From Chara braunii (lineage: Eukaryota; Plantae; Charophyceae): DNA of 64,000 bases. The stretch lies in the NCBI GenBank assembly GCA_003427395.1, contig BFEA01000006.1:529218-593217 (forward strand), in the 5' to 3' direction. The stretch's first letter is position 1; each line of letters starts with the position of its first letter. The notes under the pieces are model-generated. The model was not told where the DNA came from and made no database searches. It was given only the letters and a program-made list of their open reading frames with translations. Of this stretch, positions 12,713 to 26,734 are shown piece by piece. The translations under genes and the position numbers were made by a program.

Positions 12713-15099
12713 GTTGCAGCAGTTTGTCGTATTGTTCTTAAGTATAGTAAAAGTGCTTGCACAATAGTCCAATATGTGAGTCTGTCTCTATCTCTGAGCA
12801 ACAGAGTATCTCGGAGCTACCGGACAAACTTCAACGGAAGAGCATCACATCAGATTTCATGACCAATCCCGACTACTGCACTCTAGAAAATCACCCCTGA
12901 ACCGTGTCGAGTTAGGCTTCGAAAGGGGTTCTCTGAATACTCACAATTTTGACTAGGAGGAACACATAACATTGCACATGACCACATCCGAACTTCATGA
13001 CTGCTCAGCGTTGAAAGTGTAAATCTAGTGGGTGCTCACCTCTAGTTCACGCCCTAGTTTCCCGGGTAGATCAATCAAACCCACACCTGTGTTTAGAATG
13101 TTAACTGGACCTGAACGCTAATCCCCATCAAGTAGGAACCTAGCAACTAAATGAACAATTTCCTTCCATGGTCTTCTCTTTTTCTTTTGCGGGTCATTAC
13201 TTAGACCCAAGAATCACAGAGAGCCAATCTTGATCATTTATCTAGGACCATCTAGGTCATTCGGAGCGACACGTCAAAAATAGCAGCAACATCAGTTAGC
13301 TGGAGTATAGGCTCATGGATACCTTCTCACAGGGACCTGTGGGTTAAGAGTGTCGACACGGCTTTTCATAAGATCCGACACGACGAGAATCTGCAGATTA
13401 GCATGACCATCTGGGATTCACAGGCCAGTTCAACCACCCAGATAGCTTCACAAGCGGCTGTAGGCCTGGTCTTTAGCCTGTATGTTTGCGAACGCTCACG
13501 ATAGCACTCTTTCGCATACATCCGGAAGTACCTAGGCTCACCTGATCCCTCGCTCAAGCGATCACACTAGTTTCTGTTATAAGGCTTCACGAAGCCTCTT
13601 CGACACCCACTCCGCTTAGATCGGTATTGTCTCTCGTCTCATTTTATCATCGGCATGCCCCGCACGAAACCGCCTCATCTGGGTGAACAAAATACTTAAG
13701 TAACAAAAGCTGCAATCAAAGAGTGAATTTTTCCTCCCAATATGTTAGTGACAGCGACGCTCTCACACCCTCTGTTCTTTTCTTGAATATCAGACCCTGC
13801 CAAGGGACACTTCTTTATTGATCACGACCAAACGGTTGCTCTGAAAAAAAAAAAAAAAAGAATCCATAATCATTAAGACGAACAAGAAACGAGCCTTGGC
13901 TTCTTTTATCCCGTTTTACTGCATGGGGGGGGGGGATGGTCGGTAACGGTACAATGATATGCTCAGAGTAGTTAGGGGCTCTCAATAATTGATTCCGCCA
14001 CTAATTACTCCTGAAATGACCTTTGAAGTCACAGCGAAACGTCACTTTGCATGCGTGCTACTTAGTGAAGATGAATAAGGGCACCTCTACCGGCCCGTTT
14101 TCCAAGCAGACACTAGTAACGCAGGGGTCATCGGGATCAATACCTGTTTTGTCTTTGATGCCATGAATCACACACCGAGCAGGTCTCTTACGCCCTAGAC
14201 ATTGCAAAGTCCGTAATAACCACTGCGAGACAATTACCTAGGTTGGCCTGAATAGCCTTATTTCGTTATGCTCATGCTCACATCATATACCCATCCCTTA
14301 TCAAAACATTCGTTCAAACCTGGTTGTATGCACTCCCCACACGAAACACTACCCAAGGAGGCCAGTGGTCAATCACCGTCAAGAAGATTCTTGGCTAACA
14401 AATAGATGACCTTTTTTAGAATAGATATTTTCTGACTCATTGATCATGATTAGTGAACGAGTGTAAACCTTTGGCTCAAAGTCGGGGATAGGGGTGTTCT
14501 TATCTGAATACTACGGTCAATGACATCCCACCTTCCCCGTCAACGTTTCCAAGTCAGGGACCGAGTGCCTTGTCGAGAGGGGAGTCCAGCGGCCCCTTGA
14601 AGGTAACTGCCAATTAGCTTTCAAGTGCACGGTACTTTGTTTATGAGCGTTTCAACTTAGCAATACTTCAAGCCGTTATAGAGGGTTCATGTCCATAATT
14701 CCTTCAACTAACACCCCCTCCCTTCCCGTACTCAAGCATCAGAACTTCTTCCCTCAGTCTTTTGACCAATCAGAGTCAAACCATTTCCTTACCACACGCG
14801 ACTAACCTCAACCCCAGAGTAATTAAACACTGATCAATAAGGGAGGGGCAGAGGATGAAAATCAAGTTAGGATAGTATTGATGACTGCGTTTTCCAGTCG
14901 CAAACTTACACTATACAAAATCACTCTTCTTTTGCTAGCTGAAAAGAGGATCAAGACAGGTGAGACGTCACCCTCTAAGTGTAAACACACTTCACTCGAG
15001 TTGTATCTCCTCGCAGAATCGAACCCTTTCCACTCCTAACACCACCATACGTGAACTTCACACTCTCGTCACTATTCATCTCGGAAAATGGAGGGATAG

Positions 15100-15260
15100 A
15101 CACATATCCTGTGATGAGGAATCAGATTAAGGCCTGGTTGAAAGCAGACATTATGACTGGTTTCGGCCTTCGGCCGCCTATAACTATATATAACTCTGGC
15201 GAGCCTCAAGTTATATCGCCTTTACTGGCCAACATTGCTTTGCACGGAGTAACGCAGTAG
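15100..15260 (+). pseudogene. group II intron RT/maturase fragment
   Basis: IKAWLKADIM...GEPQVISPLLANIALHG matches the group II RT pattern WLKAG...GTPQGGxISPLLANIxLH. Confidence 0.8.
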
Positions 15261-17355
15261 AACCTGCAAGCAAATAGAGCATAAAGGGTGACGTCAACAA
15301 CGGTGCCGAAACAGCACTAACTCATACTCGACTCTTAGCATAGCGCCTTCTCACAAACCCAACCTTGGAGTGATTCCACCCACTCACGTGCCCCTTTGTT
15401 CACATCAATGGCTTCCTCGAGAGTTTTGCATTCGTTTATTTCGTCACTGAGAGAGGGTTCCCGAGTCCTCTTCTGCGAGCGTAACTGGTATGAGACCTTT
15501 CCGCTACTGTCACAGTTCATACTCTGACAGCGTTCCCGCGCTGCTGGCTTTCGGCTCAAACCCTTAACCTTTGCTTAGGCCTTGATCTCACAATCCATAA
15601 CCTCCCGCTGACTCGATACTCTCTCTCTGTCCCGTTTGCAGAAAGTGAAAAGTCGACGTTAACTGTGAGGGCAACAACTGAACCCTACTGCCAAAGAGTG
15701 AGTTGGCGTCAGCTGCGAGTATGAGCTGACATCAACAGTGTGAGAAAAAGTTAATGCCTTCTGCGAGCTTAAAAGTTAACGTCGACAGGATGTCGACAGC
15801 GTGAGTGGGAGTTACGGCCTTTCGCGAGCACGAGTATTGACATCAACAACGAGAGTTAGAGTTGGCCCCTTTCTGCGAGCGCGAGTGTTGACATCAACAA
15901 CGACCGCGTCTGCAGGAGTTACCCAGTACTCTCCGGTGAGAGATCTCTCCGTTCTCTTATTCTGTAATCACCTGCGCCCTTTTGTTGCGCGTATCACACT
16001 TCTTTTCAGCTTCTCCCTCTCTTGTAACCACACGCTCCCCCGTTCTCTGCCCTCGTGAGTTTACCCCTCTCTCTCTGTCGCCTAGTGACCCCAGTTTCTT
16101 CGTCGTCGTAAATTGGCCTCTGGGCCGTCTTCCGCGGATCCAGTCGAAGGGTGGTCCAGTCGCCACCGTGCCAGGACTGGGTCTTGGCCTCCAAATCGCT
16201 CGTGTCAGTTTCTGCTTCTGTATCGCGATCCAAGTGTCATTGCTCGCGTTCTGCTGTGTCCGTCGAAGTCTCCTCTTCGTGGTATACGATCTTCACCTTT
16301 ATCTCCTCCGTCACTCCATCCCTCCTGCACCTCCTTTCCGCTCGTTCTCTGGCCTCCATGATGACCAGTTACAAGCCCTGGTTTACTCTCATTTCCTTTT
16401 TTTTCCCCTTTTAGTTTCACTTCCTGCCTACCGTGGCTATAGTCCAGTAATGACAATCCATTCCTATTGTCACAGTGTCGTCGTGAATCTATCATCACTA
16501 TATGATGCTATACTATAACCCACATCCGGATTGCCCTCTTGCAACCCAACCATCTTTCCTCAAATAGAATGTCTAACCTGCATTTGGGACAACTTTCAGT
16601 CTAGATACAGTGATAGAGACCACACTACGAACCCAATGGCTTGTGGAAGCACATTAAAAAAGCCCTCCACTCGAAGGTGGCACGCCAACCATCCTTAAAA
16701 GGACTTTGGAAAATGTTAGGCACCAAAGTTAGCAATCCCAATACTAAGCAAGAACAAGTAACGAGTCACAAACCCATAGTTCAATGGTGATGGTGAGTGA
16801 TTACTCGGAAAACATCGATTCTTGTCACTTAGTAATCCGCAAAGCCAAATTCGACACCAGCCTAAAGGCCTGTAATCAACACAGATTTAAACTCAAGCAT
16901 GACTATACCAAGATCACACGTAGACCAAAAGACGACCATACACAAACCATACGAAGGACAAAAGATGGGAAGAGATACACACAGTTGAAAGCGGCATGTA
17001 GGAGTTAGTAGCGGGAGCTACAATAAGAAACGAGCGAGAAAATATTCACAATTTGAAATTTGATAATTGTAATTTACATGGTTGTTAAACCCAGTAAAAT
17101 CAAAAGCTAGGTTACTCAAAGTAGACTTTCACAATCTCCACCCAATTCATGTTTCTTAGGAGCTCAATATTATAAAGTGCGCAGAACTCCAAAGCCCTGC
17201 TCATGAGACTTAACTCCCCATAGCTGACATTCTCTGAAATCCATTCATCGTGGGAAGATTACATAGTCAAGCTGAATGAGCTTTACAAAGGTGCACATAT
17301 GACCAACGGAAAACTGTTCGATAGAGGCACACAATCTACCGGTGAATAAAGTTAT

Positions 17356-17357
<2 letters not shown>

Positions 17358-17420
<63 letters not shown>

Positions 17421-17421
17421 N

Positions 17422-17504
<83 letters not shown>
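17358..17504. repeat. (CT)n microsatellite
   Basis: Direct reading; one N at 17421. Confidence 0.95.
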
Positions 17505-17506
<2 letters not shown>

Positions 17507-18340
17507 ACTGCTTTGTGCCTGTAGTACATCTTCCAACTGCAGTGCAATGCTAATGTGCACAAGCATAAAAAAAGAATTTCGCCTCTATGCCAAAACTTCA
17601 TCTATTATATCATCATCATACCACTTCATTTAATCAACGTTTGCAAAGCTATATATATACAGATACAAGAACAATCATCGGTACTATTGCGCATGCACGA
17701 ATCTCCGTCAACGTGACATTGTTGACATCAACATTCGACGTGGAGCTAGCTATAACTACTTTACGCCGTTCCCATGATACAAGTTGTTCGATGAATGTTG
17801 ATGTCATTGTAGCGCTTGGTGGTATATTATTATTTCCATCACTTCATTCTGGCTTCTGAACAAGTTTTACTACTCGTCCATCATTTGCAGAGATGGGATT
17901 GAAACGATGAGGAGGATGAGAGACCCTGCACACTTTCGAGATAGACATACTTGTCAAGCTCTGCGTTGTTAGAGCCATGGAGAGGTAAATGTAACTCTCT
18001 TATCAACCAACCAAAAGAAAGTCCCCGTGTGTAATTACGAATTGGCAAATGAAAGCCCACAAACATCATTTTATATGATAGGAATCGAATCAGACTGACT
18101 CAGGAACCAAACCACACCACAATAGGTACCACACCAGATCAGGAATCACATTTCACTGAGTTCCACAGAAGGCTGATTGACCTCCCAAAAATTATTAAAT
18201 CAATTGAATAATTCAAAATTTTAACAAAAAAATGCATACCTTTGACACTCATGCATCCCACATGCATCTCTCATACTCTCACCAGTGAATAGCCAACACT
18301 GAAACTATTGTCTTTGCAAGAAGAAAACGCCTAATCATTA

Positions 18341-18548
18341 GCCCAAGCGGGCTAACTAAGTTGGTTTGACAATGGAAGTGATTTGCAGGAGGTTGTGGGT
18401 TCGATTCCGCACGTTGTCGATTTTATCCCCACGGCATCCTGAGATTGGCTTAGGCCTCGTGGCTGGCTGGGAAGCAACCATCTAAGCTTTCCAGCCCGCA
18501 CCTGGTGTGAGGAGCTTGGGTGTTGTTCCTCATACAGAGCAAAACTAG
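18341..18548 (+). mobile_element. tRNA-derived SINE-like element (3' end uncertain)
   Basis: A-box-like TAACTAAGTTGG and B-box GGTTCGATTCC. Head resembles that at 31827. Confidence 0.6.
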
Positions 18549-19898
18549 ATCCTTAACATAGGAGAGATTTCGTACACGAAAACCCTGTATCGGATTGTTG
18601 AGTTGCGTGTAGGTAGGTAGGTAGCGGAGGGTATATTGAGAGAAGAATATAGGTTAGTTTGTGAATAAATAAAAAAAATGCCTGATCATTATAGATGTAT
18701 ATGGGACAACTGGCTAAGACAGGATTTGCACACATTTTGTTACTGGATAGACTTAAGTTGATCCTTACCTTCTGTTTTGCTAATGCATACGTACATTCAC
18801 TGCACACACACATGTATAATAGTGTGCAATCGTCCACATAAGAGTTGTAAGATACTGGAGCATCATGCCTTTTGGCAGGAAGATAAGTGGAGCCTGCAGC
18901 TACCCCCACGGCATGAATCTACTCTAGTAGCTGTCTATTTTCAGGTCGTGGAGTTTGAAACTTTGTTGAAGCTATTGGATTTTCCCCTGAGCTTACTGGA
19001 CATGCCTGGGGTCACCTGAGTTGCTGAAAAAGGTCAAACAATTGCAGTGTGCAAGGTGACCAAGGTCAAGTACAGTGAGGTACTTATTGTTCTCAAACAG
19101 AACACAGTTCACCCGTGAGAAGCAACCAGAAGAATCCAAGTACAACTGTCCCCGGGCTGTAACATGGACAACTGTCAAGAATGCGTACAATACTACAAAA
19201 TCATGTATTGTTCAATTTTCTTTCTATAATCATGTATTGCTCTGACTTGGCAGTGGAATAGAAATTGAACTGATGCACCCCAGAATGTATATATAGAGTA
19301 CGTACTACATAGTGGCGTCTTGGGTTTTTCAATTTTTTTCCTTCTGGACCTGTCGCTTTTTTCAGAATGGAAAAGGAGGAAGCCAAGTACATAAGACAAC
19401 TATTTACAGAAACGAAAGCAGAAAGAAACAAGTGTAGAAAACAAGGCACGAGGGCAAAAGGATATAGCTACTGGTGAAGACGCTGCATTTGGATGGCTGC
19501 CAACTCACCAAGCCATAATTTCCTCAAAGGGTTCTACTATCTTCTTTCCTTGACTTGCTGAAGTGAGTTTGTTTGGGATATGCAACTTAGACGGATTGAC
19601 TCAGACAAGTGGGGCATCATCAGGGTCTGAACAGACACAAAGAAATGAAACTGCAGAGGTGACACATGAAGTAACTACGAAAGAGATACTGACAGGGGGT
19701 TCAAGCCTACCTACACTGGGTGATAGCGCACACAGAAGGCCGATCAAATTTAATATGCGAAGTAGTTCCACGTTCCTGATTTTTCTCTCGTGCTATGTTG
19801 CTCTAGTTTGCTCTTGAGAAAGAGGAAAGGACAGACCTGCATGATATGGGTGAAATGCTTGAGATACATATTTGTTCACACAGAATAGTCACATGTTT

Positions 19899-19942
<44 letters not shown>

Positions 19943-21358
19943 ATATTGAAATGCTTGGACTTATCACGCAAAACCACAGGGATATATCAAACGTACAAAA
20001 GCAACCCTGCAAGCATGCATGGAAACACCAGTTGAGCACAGGTAGGATAACATGCAAACAAACACAGACAAGAAATGACCGCTGTCGTTTTCTTTCCCTA
20101 CTTCAATCTCTCCCCCTCCTCTCCTTCCCCTCCTGACATAGCGCTACTCTAGCTGCTTAAAAACGCGAGCTCAAGCATAAACAGAATGTCGAGTGGTCTA
20201 TAATGGGTCTAGATCCCTGACATACTCGCACTACGACTTCTTTTTCTTTACGCAAACAGAATGTTGATTGGCCTATTGGTTATGTACATCCAAACGAAAT
20301 CCTAGTGGCAAAGACTTTTTTTTTTTTTTTAACCTTCTTTTGCTGTTTTTTTTTACAGAGTCTGTCTTTCCGGCGTGTGCACTGTCATCCAGCGAATATT
20401 AGTGTCAGTCCCAGAAAAAAGTACAAACAGACCAACATAGTCCCAGAAAAAAAAGTAAAAACAGCCAGCAATATTAGTGCGAGTCCAAGAAAAACAGCGT
20501 ACTTTCGTGCTCCACCGTGCTCACGTACTTCACACTCTCTTCAGCACACCCGGTTCTGACTATCGGCTAGGTTCATGAGAGTCTGTTCGCAACCTATAAC
20601 ATGGACGACTGCGGATGAAGTTGGGTACAACCCCACCAATGGCCTCAACTACGGGACTCAGCGGTAAGGAAGGTTGTTGTGTCTCAAAGCTAAGGAAGAC
20701 AGTGACCGTAACCAGCGGGACACCCACGTGGAAATGAACTTGAACGTGATCGCGGGTTCTTCCCTTCAGCTCACTAATTGTAAAAAATGAGACTGTTTCG
20801 CCCGCCAGAGCATGGAAAGATACAGCACCAGACGCTCACTCCTCTTGCTTCTTCGCTCCTCTGCTCTTTTCCTTGCTCTTCGCTGGGCCATGCCATCCTG
20901 GCTCCCAATCGGTGCGACACCACACGTGGCTTGAAGCGATGAAAACAGGCGCGCTTGAGAAAGATGTTTGCGGCAACAGGAGTATGACCACAATGAGCAC
21001 CGACTATCTACAAGCGAGAACCGTTGCCTTCTTCCTCAGCTTGGACCACTCTCACCGACTATTACCAGGGGCAGACAGAACTATCAGGTCATTGTCTGGC
21101 CTTACAAGGCCTGGACCCAGGGCCTTTCTGGTCTGTGCTTTTTTTCCACCGTGCAACCGGATTTAAGATTTGTTATGTTAGTGGTTTTTGTAATGTGGGG
21201 ATGACTTCGAAATGGCAAGGAGCAACACATACAGCAATAGTGAGAACCCATATACAACAGTCTAAATGATAAAAAACTCCCTCAGTTGACAACGACCTCC
21301 CATACTATGTTGATTCTGTAGTTGGGAGAAGTCTCCATCAACTAGTCGCAGAGTCTAT

Positions 21359-21359
<1 letters not shown>

Positions 21360-21448
<89 letters not shown>
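21360..21448. repeat. (CT)n(CA)n compound microsatellite
   Basis: Direct reading. Confidence 0.95.
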
Positions 21449-21450
<2 letters not shown>

Positions 21451-24400
21451 CTCTGATACTAATCGGTGAAAGGTACTGCGTTGAGAGTGAAGCCTGGCTA
21501 TTGCTGGTACAATCCCCTCATCTGGCCAAGGCTGCTGCAAATCTCCACTATGCCAAGTCTAACCTGCTACATCCTCCAACGCTAACACTCTCTTGTGGTG
21601 GTTAATCCTCTAGTGCTAACTCCAGTGCTGCTCACCATCTCGAGCACGAGGTTAATCCTCTAGCACACCCCCGTGTGACCGTACCGAGCCTGAAACCTAG
21701 CTTGTATACATTCGACATTTTCAGTCCTTTTGCCTGTAAGTGCATTTTCAATCTCGAACCCTGCCTGCACCGTAGTTTTTGCAAATTAAAAACAGAAGAA
21801 AAGAAAAGACGATTAATAAAAATAACATCTGCAGCAGTTGCGGTAGTGTTGTAGGCATTGAGAGCATAATGCACAACGGCAACTTCAGCACCACAGCACC
21901 AGCTTCTTCAAGCAGGAGAAGTGATGACAGGTGCAGCTGGCTCACACGTGTATGGTGCAACTCTCTGAAGGTCATAAAGACAAGATCGCTCTGCTTCCTT
22001 TTCTGTAAAATATATGTGACTGCGAAATTTGAGCACCGACGACGTTTTAAAACAAAAAAACGATCCCAAAGCATAGGGGGGGGAAAGTTATAAAAAACAA
22101 AGGTGAGCGTATAAAAAAAATGAAAAGAACCAAAAGCAAAATAGACTTGCCCATTCATGGCAGAAAATTATGAAAGATCACAGCACGCAAGATGAGGACA
22201 TACTTACACTACGGACTTCCTCTCGATGTATATGACCGCTTTTCGAACACAGTGTGGATGCAGCTGACAGCAATGTCATGCACAGACAAGTGGGAACACA
22301 GTTCTTCAAATGAGTAGGCCGTGAGACATTCATAGACTCATAGTGCTTAGCACATACGGGCAAACACACAAAGAGTACCTGAACAAAAATTTCCAAAAAA
22401 CATGTGAAAAATAAAAAACTACCAGACTGGAGGAGGAGAAGGAGGAGGAACGAGGAGGGAGGAGGAGGAACGAGGACTGAGGAGGACGAGGAGACAAGAA
22501 GGGAGGAGGAGGGAGGAGAAGAACGGGGATGAAAACAGCATGGAAACAAAAAGTCATTGGTGGTGTGCCACGAGCCATGCAATTGGAGGAGAGAGGGGAG
22601 GAGGGAGGTGGAGGGAGGAGGAGGGCGATGAGGGGGGAACGATGAGGATGAGGAGGACAGAGGAGGGCTAAACCTCCTCCTCTTAGTCTTCGTGGTGGAG
22701 GAAGGAAGGGGACGATGAGGGAGGAAGGATGAGGATGAGGAGGAGGACAAAGGAGGGAGGAGGACGACGAGGGAGGAAGGATGAGGATGAGGATGACAAG
22801 TGTAGAAAACAAAGCACGAGTGCAAAAGGATAAAGTTATTGGTGAAGACGCTGGATTTGGATGGCTGCCAACTCTCCAAGCATCTTGAGGGGAACAACGA
22901 GATGCTCCCCTCAAAAGCGTGAGTGAGGCATCATTTTACATGATAGGAACCGAATCAGACCAACTCAGGAACCAAACCACACCATAGCAGGTACCAAACG
23001 AGATCAAGAATCACATTTCACTGAGCTCCACACAATGTTGATTATTGGCCCCCCAAAAATATATTAAATCAATTAAATAAATCAAAAAGTGCATACCTTC
23101 AGCCCTCATGCATCCCACATGCATCTCTCATACTCAAGCTAGTAACTAAAGGAGTGTGTGTGCATATCCATAGGAACTCAACTTACGCTCCCCAGAATGG
23201 AAAATGGCCCAAAACCCTAAGGTTATGGCTTTTGAAAGAACACAAAAAAAGAAAACCAAAAAAAAGAGGGAAAGGAAAAAGTAGGCGAATGAAAAAAGTA
23301 GACGTACAGAGGGAGGGAAAAACACTGACCTTTATGCACACCACGATGATGACCTTGGGGGTCGCTAACCACAGAGGCAATGCCCTGCTGCTTGCTCGTT
23401 GGCTGACCGTCTCATGCTCTTGGAGACTCCAATGATGCATTACTGGTTGTTAGTTCAGAGGCCAACACCAGCGCACACAATAACAAAAATTGTGAACAAA
23501 AAATGGACACACACACGCACACATACACACACTGTTCTCATTAATATTGATGGCAAAAAAAAAAAAAACAAAAAAAAACAAATGGCCACATGCACACACA
23601 CTCCTGCATGCACACATATGCTTGGTGTTTCTGAGTGTTATGGCGGTCGGTACTCCACATCCACTAATGACCTTTTAGCCAAGATCAAGTGTGGTATCTA
23701 TTCTGATTAGCTTCAATATTTGTCAGTGATTTGTGGTTCATATGGCCATAAAGATATTAAAGCAAATTTTTCGACGTTTAAAATTGAGAGGGAAGAGAAT
23801 AGGCGACCGAGGGAGTGAGCATGTGCACAAAGGAAAGTAACTAGGAAACATGCTGAGTAACATAAGGATGAAGAGTACGCAAAGGAGTACAAAAACGAGC
23901 ATGTAGTCATATGTGTGTTATCCTTACGCAAGGGCCTTTCATAATGCATTCATTTTATCCGAATGGCAACACATACAATCAAGACAGTCCTAGGTAATAC
24001 CACTAGGTAAAAGGTCCCTACTGTGTGAATAGACCTGCACAGATTGGTACAGAAACACAGGTGTGCAGAAACACAGATGTTTGATACACAGCACACTTGA
24101 ACAAAAATACATAAGCAGGCAAAAAAAAATAAAAAATTGAGGCTCTGAATCCCCATTCATTAATGGTTTGGAGGCAAAAGTTATATTATATAATCCTTTT
24201 GTTTTCCCTATTTTTATTCTTGTGGAAAGTGCATTTTTGCCTTACGTATTTTGGGGCATTTTTTTGTCATTTTGTTTTTGCCATTTATTCAATAAAACGT
24301 CCATTCTATCATTCAGTGGCAAGTTCTATCAAATGACCCCCCGGTTTTGTTATAAATGATGTGGCAATGTGTACTATCAAGGTCGATCAAATGACCCCCT

Positions 24401-26734
24401 GCTAAGTTTTTCTTTGGTGCACAGAGCGATTTCAGGCTAGGCGATGATAGCTCGGAAAGATACTGCTGGTTAAACCAACACTATCTTTCACAGGCAAACG
24501 CGAAGTCTCAAAAGTAGCCTATTCCGAAGAAATCGAGGGCTCGGGGCAGGGGTCAGCACCAACTAGCGAAGAGTTACGCTTCGCGGCCAGGTTTTCGACA
24601 ACGTGGGACATTCTGTGACATGTCTCAGTCGCCGATCGGCTGCAGATCCACACCCAGCGTTGTTTGGCCTCAGTTTCGTATAGGGTCGTTTCGTTCGGGT
24701 AATAGGATGATTTTAAATTATTTTTGTGTTGTTTTTATTGGCCACTTTCGTTGGGCGGGAAGCTTCAATTCTATGGTTTTTTTACCTATGGGGTGTTTTT
24801 GAAGCTTGTTGACGTCATTCTTTTGTTTTTTTTAATGTGCAGAAATACACAATATCATAATTGCCTGAGAGCAACTACCTTCAGAGGAACCAGCCCATTG
24901 GCTGAGTCGAGCTCTCATCCAGAAAAAGGGGCGACGAATGGAATGGCTCACAGCCTACTGGCTGATGTGAGTACCCTTATCTGAATTTCACTTTCTTTAG
25001 CTCGTAGAAAGCAAGATTTTTAAAGACGAAAAAAATACAGAAACCATTTTTCAAATGCCAAAAGCGCATCACACAACCCTGTTCCACCGTTTTAATGGAT
25101 GCTAGTTGGTCTTGGCCCCAGGGACGGAAGCAAATTTTTAACCAAAAAAAGTTTAAAAAATAAGAAAAAAAAGGAACGAATAACTTTGCATCCACTGACA
25201 AGGGGAAGACCCTCACGTAGGTGGAAGTTACACCAGTGCTTTGAGGAATGTATCTGGTCAGTATGTGAGGACCGTGAGACATGTCGTTCTCGTTTTTTGC
25301 TAGTACAAGCAAAGCGTGCTAGTACAGGCCCGATGCTTGCCGCATCATCTGCAAAAACAAAGAGCTAGCAACGTCGGAATATATATCGTTACATAATATG
25401 AGAGCGTCAAACCTACAACAGAAAAATATAAAGACAAATTAAATAAAATAAATTTCCATGAAGAAGAAACACAGCCAGACAGAATAGGGGGCTAGAAAAA
25501 AAAAAAATCCTGAATAACAATGCTAGGGCAAACCACTTGCCTGCAAAACGATAACCCGATCACCAATCGCACATGAAGCACCGCTATCGCAGCCCAAGAT
25601 ACATCAAATAATGGGACAAGACCAACCGGAACCAAAGCAGACAAGATTCACATTCTACCATATCCATAGTAAAAAAACGGAATCATTCAGTAGACCCGTA
25701 AACGCAACACCCCAAAAGACAAAAGACAAGATTCAAATTATACCATATCCATAGTTAAAAAAACGGAACTATTCTTTATATCACAAGAGAGCAGTCTATG
25801 TGTAGGCGTCCCTTGGCTCAAAGGTAAGATAATCAAGAGCTATGTCCGAGCCTGAAACTTTTCCAGCAGCCTTTTTACTATCCCCCATCTCCTGTCCGAG
25901 CCTGAAACTTTTCCTGCAGCCTTTTTAGTACACCCCATCTGATGAAACCCTTCCCCCACCGTAATCGTCCAACCTTCCCCAGATAATGGTCTAGTGAATC
26001 AGTCTTTAGCTCCTTCTACCATTATCAACCATGCAACCAACCAGGGGGTTTGATGATATCCGGGTTCCAATAAATAGACCTCAAAGGAGAGGAAAAAGCA
26101 GCAAACGTAGGTGAGGGAGGAGTGAGAGAACCCCACGACGAGTTCATGAAACGCAACCGGTGTCTACACCGACCTTTATCCGATCGCAAACAAGCAGAAG
26201 GGTTACCTCAAAGCCCACCGTATGTACCCTTGCCCAAGATAGACAGTGCCACTTAATTAGAAAGCCTACGCGAGGCCAACCGAATCCACCCTTCCTAAGC
26301 AAATCATACACAAATAGAGAGGAAACCCCAACCCCGTCCCTTGTACGAATCGATCAATATTGCCTTGCGAAAGTTTTAAAAGAGGAACTTTTTAAAAGAG
26401 AACATTCAACTTCCGAAAGTCAGACCCGAAGGAATCTCGCGCTTGCCGACAGCAAGTCCTGAGAGTGACGATAAAACTCAGTGAGCCAGATTCCAACGTC
26501 GACTTGAGTTGCCGACCGCTTCTTTATAGAGCCAAGACATCCCCTAGAAGGCACTAAATCGAGGCAACATAGAATAGAATAGAGGATGGGCAAATGAAGT
26601 TACCCTACCAATCTGCCTAAGAGCTCATCAGGCTTGTCGGGGGTTTCCCAACCTTTTCCCATCATGCAAATCTTGACGCCTTAACCTTCTTCCTCCGTCT
26701 CCCCTCCTTTCCTTTTGTTCAGAACAGAGTTCTG

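Noticed and set aside
17245-17601. ER/SL/TH/QSIN-repeat ORFs here and at 21357, 22178, 30058, 36007, 37170, 43683 and 57276
   Set aside because: They are translations of microsatellites or low-complexity DNA.
25960-26520. C-terminal fragment of a Penelope-like RT on the minus strand
   Set aside because: It reads protein-like, but I can identify no diagnostic motif.
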